NCBI GenBank assembly: GCA_027604505.1
Contig: JADIIX010000130.1
Coordinates: 44,689-64,688, forward strand
DNA length: 20,000 nt
Direction of reading: 5' to 3'
Origin: Gonapodya sp. JEL0774
Lineage: Eukaryota
The notes beneath the pieces are model-generated. The model was not told the origin of the DNA, made no database searches, and was given only the letters and a program-made list of their open reading frames with translations. The number at the start of each line of letters is the position of its first letter. Within the stretch, counting starts at the first letter, position 1. The position numbers were made by a program, and so were the translations under genes. This document shows, piece after piece, positions 11,954 through 20,000 of the stretch.

Positions 11954-13496
11954 ATGTCTCTCTTCACCGAAAAGACGTCGCCCCTGGATTGGGACCGCTT
12001 GCTGGCGCTCGATGTCACCGTCGTCGAGGAGGTGGGACCTGTGGAAACGGAAAGGCATCACTTGTGTCATCCGTATCCCCCCGGAACGAGAGAGACTCAT
12101 GTCCGACGTCTCCTTTGGCCCCACCCACCGTGCTCGAATCGACATCTCACGGAACAACCGTCCATCGGGAACTCGTTTGGTTCCTGCATTCATTCGTGTT
12201 TCCGCGTACACGTTGATCCAACCGAAAAACGCACACCAACATCGAATCTGCCGGCGTTTTTCTCGAACACGTCTACGATGCCCTGTGCTTCGCGTCCGTG
12301 AGAGCAAACGAGCCCCCGCGCGACACGGGAGAATCTATTATGGCTCGTTCGTGTTGCGCAGTTATTCATGGAGTAGGTATGGGAAAACGTTGGCACTGCA
12401 AGGATACAGGGTGTACGTGCTGCCGGGGAAGCCATCATCATGGGTGTTTTGTTCAGTACGCAAATGAATGAAAAGGGGTGGATCAATGCGGTTGGATCGA
12501 AGCCGAACCCCCGAAACGTATCCGTTTGGAATCCTAGACCGGGTCACGTCGTCAAACGAATGAAAGTTCAGAACCATGCGCAGAGTCCTGCTGCCAGGAA
12601 TCGCTCCACTTTCCATACATCCAATCCCCCTTGGTGCCTATCATCCTGCTCACGTCTCGCATCCGTGTGTGGCAAACCCCACCCCTTTTCCCACCAGATA
12701 CATACACGCCTTCTACAAAGACACGGACGCCGAAGCCGAACGCCTCGACCTCGAAGTCCAACGCCTCGAAACCGCCGGCGCCGGCGTCAACCCTTCCTCC
12801 CGCGCCTTCCTCGCCTTCCGCGCCGAGGCCGCGTCCCTCGCCCGCTGCCTCCGAGACTCTGAGACCCGTGTCGCCCGGGCCGAGCGCGCACTCGAACAAG
12901 AGAAAGTCTGCGTCGACGCCGCACAGCTTGAGGCCCAGGCCGAACGGTCCCGGGCCGCCGCGCTCGCTCAACAGGTGGAGAGGGCCACCTCCGAGGCCAG
13001 GGAAGCGGCGGCGCAGACCGCGGCGCACAAGGAAGCCGCGTCCCGTGGCCGGTCGGAAGAGACGGACGTGCGGATGGGATAAGGGAGAAGAACGCCGAGG
13101 TGAACCGGCTGCTCAAGGAGGTGAACGTGCTGGCGGCGAGGAATGGGCAGCTTGAGGTGGAGGTGGAAACCATGGGCAGGAACTCGAAGCGGCGGTCGGG
13201 AGCTCGAGAGGTGAGACGAGTCCGTGCTCCTTCCCCACCGTCCAGACCCGCGTATCACCACTTTCGGCACCGCACCACACACCACACAACCCCCAAAAAT
13301 CAAACGCAAAAACCGTGACCAGCAAGACACCCACGCGGTCCTGCTGGCCAGTGAAGCTGCTGTAGATTCCTTGCGGGGCCCGAGCGTGACGCGTACAAGG
13401 CGCGCGCGGAAGAGCTCGAAGGATTCACAAGGGAGAAGGGCCTCCGAGTGGAGACCGATCTCGAGCAGATTGGGAGGGGAGCTCTTGGAGTACAAG
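11954..13496 (+). pseudogene. CEP290: 5' fragment of a CEP290-like ciliary transition-zone gene, frameshifted and truncated
   Basis: Colinear similarity to the remembered human CEP290 N-terminus: SPLDWDRLLALD ~ PNINWKEIMKVD; TRENLLWLVRVAQLFME ~ KQENVIHLFRITQSLMK; ALEQEK ~ ELEKEK; SRGRSEETDVRMGIREKNAEVNRLLKEVNVLAARNGQLEVEVETM ~ SRRGEDSDYRSQLSKKNYELIQYLDEIQTLTEANEKIEVQNQEM; AVDSLRxERDAYKARAEEL ~ VIDQLKKENDHYQLQVQEL. Intron 12373-12697 joins in frame. Frameshifts near 13078, 13180, 13200, 13378 and 13478. Confidence 0.72.
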
Positions 13497-13938
13497 GTAG
13501 GTAGGTAGGTTGGAGTGGTGGAGGCCCTTGGGTGGAGGTGGTTGGGGGTGGGTGGGGGAGAATGGTCATCAATTGCAAGAACGATATTCCGCCTTCTTGG
13601 AGTATGTTACATTTCTGTTTTTGCTCTTGGTTTCATGAGCCAATGCGATATTGAGGACAGGTGAATCGAAAAGGGGATGTAATATAACCGAGGGCACAAC
13701 ACGAGGGCGAATAAAAGGTTGGGCAATAATATATTTCACACTACCACAGCAAATTCACATCCCATCCACTCAAGGCAAGGCAAACAACCGCTTCTATTCA
13801 TATACTGGCTCTGCAAAGGAACAATCCTGCCCCCTTAGTGGTCGCTCGCGCGTTTGGGCCGTTTCCTACATTCCGCAACAATTGTTAACGAGGGCCACAT
13901 CCTCCCCCTCACAGTTGTTGAGACAGTTAAACTCGATC

Positions 13939-16743
13939 ATGGAAGAAGTCAAGGGAGGATATCTGAAAGTGAAGGAAGCGGTTGTTGAGACAGTCAGATG
14001 GGTCTCAAGGTCTCTGTCGCCATCTCGGCCTCGGAGCTCTAGAGCACAATCACCTTCTCGATCTCGGGACGGTCGAACAGAAGCACAATCACCTTCTCAA
14101 TCTCGGCACAGCAGAGCTGATGCAGGTTCATCTTCTCAATCTCAGGACGGCAGAGCTGAAACACGATCGCTGTCCCCGTCAGGAAGAGATGTTAACGGCG
14201 CCGATCTTAAAACCGTTTCATCGGCCATAGGAAGCGATTCAGTCGCCGAATGTCTGCTGGGGTGTGTGCCTATTCCCGGAATCACTTTAGCCTTGAAGGG
14301 ACTCGTTGTTATCTTCGACGCTGCGGCAGCTCTTCATTATAACAAACAGCTTGCTCTTGAGCTGAGTGACTACATGAGAAAGATTGTGGTCGCAATCAAT
14401 GACAAACTGCTGAATGACGTGTATGCAGACTCAAAAGAGAAGTGAGTTGGAAAGTTCAAACTCTGGTAAACAATTTTGACCTCCTATTCCAGGCTTGAGA
14501 ATGATCTAAAAGAGTCAACAGATGAAATGACCAAATTTCTGGCAGAGTTCAAGAAGTGAGTGTTGACTTCTAGTTGAAATTGAGCCATGGAATGTTGACA
14601 AAGCAATGTCATTGCAGACAGAAGCAAGAATTCAGGCAGCCAGCTGTTCAAAAGCCTGATCCTGTTATACTTGATCTTCCAAGTGTGCCAAGAGAATTCC
14701 ATCAACAGTATGAGAAACTTGTTATGTGGGCAAAGTAATTTTGCTCCCAGCAGATGATCCAAATATTTTGACCCTATTTTTGATCAGATTGTTGGTGGAC
14801 ATTCAAGAGGCCCTGTTGCAAATCCAAAATCAGAGTGCTATTGAGCAAATGATTAAGTTCCGTCTAAATGAACAATGTTTGGAAAAACTCTCAGAGAGAA
14901 TTGATACAGAGTTGAATCTTGATGTGGTAAGACTTTTCTCAAAGCTAAGGACTCACCATTTCAAAGCGAATGATTGTTCTTCTTTCAGTTTGGGACTGTC
15001 AGAATGGTTGCAGGCAAACAAGAAGCTGTAAAGAAAGATTTGGAAAGGCTTGCTGCTGATGGAGCTTTGGTGCAAGCAAACATAACTGAAATCCTGAATC
15101 TTGCAACCAAAAGTGCTTTGCACATGTTTGGTTTCCGTGAAGCGGCAGCTCGAATTGACACAACTTCAAGACTAATGCTTGATGCTGTACTTGAGTTCCG
15201 TTCAGATTTGCATCCTCCAAGGATAAAAGATGATTTGAATGAATTCCATCATGAGATTGGCTCTAAGTTCCACTCTGATGGTGATCGGGAGTTTGTGCAT
15301 TCTATGAGGTGTGAAGAATATCCGGATTTAACAAGTATGTTTGATCATCCAATTACCTGATGATTTGGATCCTGATTTTACCCTTTGCCTTAACTTTGCA
15401 CAGCCTGGACACCATCAGAAAGTGTATTAGAGAACGCATTTAAAAAACTGGTGCAGGGAAACCTGGTTCGAGCACAGACCCTTAATTTAGAAAGTGAGTA
15501 ACCTGTGATTAATGCAGCTCCATAACAATTCAGTCTCATCAGGTCTCCCTATGTTGCTTTGCTCTTTAAGAGAAAGGTATCAAAGACAGAGGTGTAAAGG
15601 CACTTGCTGACGCAATTAAGGCATTGCAGCCCCATTGGAAAATCACAAATCTTTACATTGGAGGTATGCTGATTGATAAGGAGACTGTATATCATAGCCA
15701 GCTCTAATCCCATACTCAATTATTAGGAAATCTTTTCACTTCAGAAGGAGCAAAGGAACTTGCCCATTCTTTGGTCAATTGCACAACCTTTGAAATCCTT
15801 CACCTTTCTGGTGAGACTAGTGTTTTCCTCTCAGCAATCCTTGTTACTGAACAATAGCAATGTCATGGATTATTGGTAGGGAGTAAAAACATTAATGATG
15901 ACTGTGCCGCTTCTCTTGCTGAGTTACTTGAGAAGGGTAACCTCAAAAAGCTGCACCTAGCAGGTGGGTAAGATCCAAGCTCAATAATCTACCACCTGCT
16001 TGTGTTTACCAGGTTTTGTAATATGGTTTGCCCTCTATCTAACAGGATGCAATATTTCTGATGCTGGTGTTGAATCTTTATCAAAGGGTTTGAGAAAGAA
16101 TAAAACATTAACTCATCTTTCTCTTTATGGTGAGTGAGATGTGCATCCTGTCTTAGTACCTTGTAAGTAATCCTTCTTTTATTTCATTCTTTTTTTGCAC
16201 AAAGATAATCATGGAATTACTTCAAAAGGTGCCAAATACCTTGCACAGGCAATTGAAGTCAATGGCAGTTTAACCCAGTTGAACTTGCGTGGTGTGTGGA
16301 AGCAAGTTTTGGTTGTTCTAACAATTACTGCACAAGTTGCCATGTCTGTAGGTGGACAGATTGATTTTGAGGGTGTGAAGGATCTTGCAAAAGTGCTTTT
16401 GAGAGACAAGGAACTTGACAGTCTGAACCTTGATCTCAGTAAGTTCACCTATTCTTAAACAAGCAGGCATGTTCATTATCTGACGCATATTGCACCTTGA
16501 TCAGATGTGCTATCATTTGAAAATTTTAAAGAACTGGAACACATGGTTGATGAAGAAGAGCACAAATACTACAAAGATTCCAAAATGAGTTTGTTTGTAG
16601 TCTCCTACCAGGATAGCAAAGGTATGTTGAGTTGCTCCATATCCACATATGTGTATGCTCATTTTCCAGTTTCACACTTGAAGGGGAAGTTCAAACAGTT
16701 AACATGTGCTCTGTGTGGGATAAACACATTTCAGAGACCCTGA
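13939..16743 (+). CDS. Copy B: ~655 aa protein with RS/SP-repeat N-terminus, MLKL/HeLo-like helical domain and RI-type LRRs
   Basis: Manual GT-AG splice model: 13939-14441, 14493-14555, 14618-14734, 14788-14926, 14989-15334, 15404-15493, 15571-15663, 15727-15810, 15880-15963, 16046-16129, 16205-16291, 16352-16438, 16505-16621, 16670-16743 = 1968 nt, open throughout. LRR units of 28-31 aa fit LxxLxLxxNxIxxxGxxxLAxxL. Confidence 0.82.
14045..14182 (+). repeat. Degenerate 39-nt (13-aa) coding tandem repeat, about 3.5 units; counterpart near 5945-6085 on the minus strand
   Basis: CACAATCACCTTCTCGATCTCGGGACGGTCGAACAGAAG / CACAATCACCTTCTCAATCTCGGCACAGCAGAGCTGATG / CAGGTTCATCTTCTCAATCTCAGGACGGCAGAGCTGAAA, encoding QSPSRSRDGRTEA, QSPSQSRHSRADA and GSSSQSQDGRAET. 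Confidence 0.85.
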
Positions 16744-18069
16744 TTAATAGTGCAGGACCTGAGCCAGTTTAACAGTTTAACATTTCTTTAACACAGAATA
16801 CCAAATCAACTATGTTGTTTCAGATAGAATGAGTGTTCTGTGATTGTTGGAATATATAGTGTCCCCATTCTTTAGGATCCCTGTGGCTACTCTATACACC
16901 CTTTTTCCAATAAAGTCTTCCACTTCACTTGGAAATCACATTACCTCTTTATTTTTCTTGAAAGACCCTTTTTTTTTTTGTCCTTAGTGAGGTTATAGTG
17001 TAACTATGATGGTTCTGTGAGTCCAGCAAGTATCCCATATGTATTCTGTAGAGTTTAGACATCTAGTACGTGTAGCCATATACTGGACTGTGGTCTACCC
17101 CCGTATTGTCAGAGGTACACAACACTCCCCTCCGTGCATTGAATACCAAAAGTCATTGGTGGATGGGCCACAGTGGCATCACGTAGGAAGACCATGGCAG
17201 ATAAGCGGAAAGACGGCTTCAATGGCTGTGGAGACAAGCTCACTGAAGAGCAAAAACTAACATCCACAAGAACGCAGCCACGGCTGATCTTGCCCTTCCC
17301 CCTCTCCGCTATTCTTTAGGAGCACGTTCATCCAGGTCAAGCTCTTTCATGGCCCAATCCGCAAACAACACAACCGAGTCCGTGCCCTCCTTTGAAAGGC
17401 CGAGGTTGCACGAATGGTATCTGCCTCTTCACTACTACCTATAGGTGTAGTACATGTCATATCGTGTTGTGGACTGGCAGACATCATTGGGGATCAGCTC
17501 ACAGAAACCAGCTTGAGGATTCTGCCTAACAATACTGACCGCTTCCCCGTAGCCCCTGAGGCATACAGAACTTTGAAACAGGCACTACCATAAGTGTGCA
17601 CTGGTTCGCCAGCTTCTGCTCATCTAGCAGGTCAAGAAGTGTCCACAAGGAGGTCCTTTTTGGATGCTCTGCAGGTATGAGAATGGCCACCCTGAAGATG
17701 TACAGGGAGGACATGGGAGACCCCGACGCCCAACTTGGGCATCTGGGAATGTGGTACACTGTGGGGAATGCGTTGGCAAGCCCACCAACACGCCCACCAG
17801 GATTCTAGACACTCACCTGTGTCGATGGTAGGATCCCCACGGATGAGGAGATGGCCCACCACCACAAGTGACTCGTGGAGAACAGAGATTGGGAAGAGGC
17901 AGACATGGACGGCCATTTGAAGCCAATGCACGTCGGGGTTGACGTGGAAATAGACAGCGGACCTGTCCGCGATGCAAGTGGAGCAGAGATCCCCCCCTCA
18001 AGGGTGGGTGGCAGACCCCCTAGCATGCCAGTTCCAGCACCACTATGAGGGTCCAGCTTATGAGTATAC

Positions 18070-19895
18070 GTGGGATCTCAGGAAAAGCTGAGGACTTGCA
18101 ACGTTTTGCTCATGATCACAACAGTGACCTATTACTAACACTTGAAACCTAACTCAACCCTAGCTCTTCCCCCCATAAAACCAGCAGTAATTAACATCAG
18201 CAACTACTTCACTGGCAAGCTTGCACAAGGTCAAGGCAAGCGCGGCCAAGTGGGGATCCTCATGAGCCCCCTATACACCGACTATGCAAGAGCAGTGCAA
18301 GTGTTGGAAAAAACAAAAGGTAAGTCCACCGCGGTAATGGATGTTCTTGGGACCATCATGGTGGTGGCGAATCTTGGGCCATCACTAGAGGAAGAGACAC
18401 ATGAATGCGTAGATCTGTTGTTTGACCTAGGAATCCCAAACGTGGTGCTTACCTGCAGAGTGGAAATCACTGACCTCATTGTTCACAAAAGCACACAGCT
18501 CATCACGAACCACCATCTGCTTACCTTCTTGATACCAGATATCGCACCTCCAGTCAAGACTTTTGAGAGCTGGAAAATACGCAAGTTTGCAAACCTGGAC
18601 ATGCCGGAAAAGCACCAAAAGAAGGTGGAGTGTGACTCAGAGGTCAAGAGGTTGGAGCTGCAGGCATGGGGGGCCTGCAATGCCCTGGACAATGGAATGC
18701 TCATTGGAGCAGCAGTCCAACAGGAGGTGGACAAGATATGGATGGGACTCATAGGAGTCATGCACAGAGCAGCCCAGGGCTCAATTAGGCGGATGAGATT
18801 TGACTTCAGGATGACCTGGGGGTTCTACACAGAGGAACTGGAGGAGGAGTGGTCTGGGTTACCAGGCCATGGAGAAGCTAGCCAAGGATCAGGAGGCCAG
18901 CCAAGAAACACCTAACCATCTGAGCAAGAGAGCAAAGGTGAACACACGGAGACAATGTCAGTACCACAAAGTGGTCCAAGCGCGGAGGACAGAGATCTTC
19001 TGCAAGACCATGGATGAGATGGTGGCCCCAGTAAGAGATCGCTCTTCATGAGGATGGTGAAGGGAGCACAAGCAAGACAGGAAGGTGGTAAGTGTGCTCT
19101 TGACCGTTACAAGGTCGATGAGTACAGGGACACTTCGTGTCCTTGTTCGGGGGTGAACCAAACAGGAAGCCAATTCCCCCCGACCCGGACAAGGAAACCC
19201 TCTATGTGCTCACTGCAGAGGAAGTAGTGGACCTGGCGTCAGCCCAAAAGAAGCTGGCGGAACTTCCTAAGGGGAAGGCATGGGGGTCAGACGATGTCCC
19301 CACGGAATTCATGTGTTATGCAACAGAGTTACTGCTGGAGGCACTTATGTGTTTCTTTAGCTTTCTTTTGTTGCAGAACTAATTCCCTCGCCATGGCATG
19401 GGGCCTTGGTGATCCCCATCTGGAAACAGAGGGATTCAGCTACGGACATTGCCATGCACCAACCCATCTCACTAACATGTACCAGCCAGCGTCTCTACAA
19501 GCGCATACTCCTCACAGATATCCTCAACCAATTTGCACCGAGAATTGCTGACCAGCAAGGGGACTTCTGCCGCAAGTGTGGAACGTCCCACCAAGCAATG
19601 ATCCTCCATGAGGCCATGAGAAGTATACTGGGTCTGAGAGTTGCTTTATTAAACCTAAAAGCTGCATTCGACCTTGTTCATCGTTTGCGTCTCTGGGGTC
19701 TTCTCAGAAACACGTTCGGTTTCCCCCCCAGAGTATTGCTCGACTACAAGACATGTTTGACAATTGCACACAGGAGCTCCAAGTAGGTGGAGCTTGTTGA
19801 AAACCCATCCCCAACAAATGTGGCCTTACACAGGAGTCTTCCCTCTCACCAGCCCTATTCAACTTCTTCATTGACAAGGTGATATACAGGTGTAG
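18070..19895 (+). mobile_element. Degenerate non-LTR retrotransposon (LINE) ORF2: putative endonuclease remnant plus partial reverse transcriptase
   Basis: LINE RT motifs in order across frameshifts: LPKGKAWGSDDVPTEF, LVIPIWKQRD, HQPISLT, QQGDFCRK, ALLNLKAAFDLVHR, CGLTQESSLSPALFNFFID. Similarity stops at a T-run near 19898, before the YADD motif. ORF 18142-18915 sits where the AP-endonuclease is expected (weak motif support). The 5' boundary is uncertain. Confidence 0.85.
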
Positions 19896-20000
19896 CATTT
19901 TTTTTTTCCACCCAGGGGGGGGTGTGGATATCTACCATGGTGACCAGGTTGGGGGGTGGATTTTTCCCATGACTTAGAGTGAATGGTGAGAATCATAGGT

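Larger units (their letters stand above)
13566..16935 (+). repeat. Right arm of ~3.3 kb inverted segmental duplication
   Basis: Same alignment as the left arm. The outer boundary is approximate; weak similarity may continue to about 16983. Confidence 0.95.

Noticed and set aside
12440..13578. Overlapping Pro/Arg-rich ORFs on both strands
   Set aside because: Explained by the high-GC CEP290-like coiled-coil exons.
13651..13938. N-terminal extension of copy B in the ORF track
   Set aside because: It starts at TTG, and the homologous region of copy A is not open over this length; ATG 13939 matches ATG 6189.
14045..14182. 39-nt periodicity as a CRISPR-like array
   Set aside because: Degenerate in-frame coding repeats without unique spacers, in a eukaryotic context.
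14788..15493. Hidden NACHT/NB-ARC domain making these canonical NLRs
   Set aside because: No Walker A (GxxxxGK[ST]) or Walker B motif in either copy, and too little space.
3240..16935. Inverted arms as terminal inverted repeats of a giant DNA transposon
   Set aside because: The arms are whole intron-containing genes with uneven divergence; no transposase or integrase and no target-site duplication is visible.
16990..18070. LINE ORF1/gag or a separate gene
   Set aside because: Only short ORFs and no clear zinc knuckle or other motif; it may be element-derived but this cannot be supported.
18070..19895. Neurospora-type RIP as the cause of decay
   Set aside because: Visible changes fit CpG rather than CpA context, and CA/TG dinucleotides remain abundant.

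Overview
Eukaryotic, intron-rich DNA, most consistent with a flagellated early-diverging fungus (inferred from a fungal-type NTE1, short GT-AG introns and a CEP290-like gene). Left to right: (1) the 5' half of an NTE1 lysophospholipase gene on the minus strand; (2) a ~3.3 kb inverted duplication (about 3240-6557 and 13566-16935) carrying two divergently oriented, apparently intact 14-exon paralogs. Each encodes an Arg/Ser/Pro-repeat N-terminus, an MLKL/HeLo-like helical domain and ribonuclease-inhibitor-type LRRs with one repeat per phase-1 exon, and no visible NTPase; (3) a ~7 kb spacer between the arms holding damaged genes: unidentified coding remnants, a tandem-CBM48 gene with HDGRT repeats, and a frameshifted 5' fragment of CEP290 cut off at the right arm; (4) a decayed non-LTR retrotransposon. 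The best candidate for an undescribed system is the head-to-head pair of NOD-less MLKL-like/LRR genes. All gene models were spliced by eye and family calls rest on remembered motifs, not database searches.
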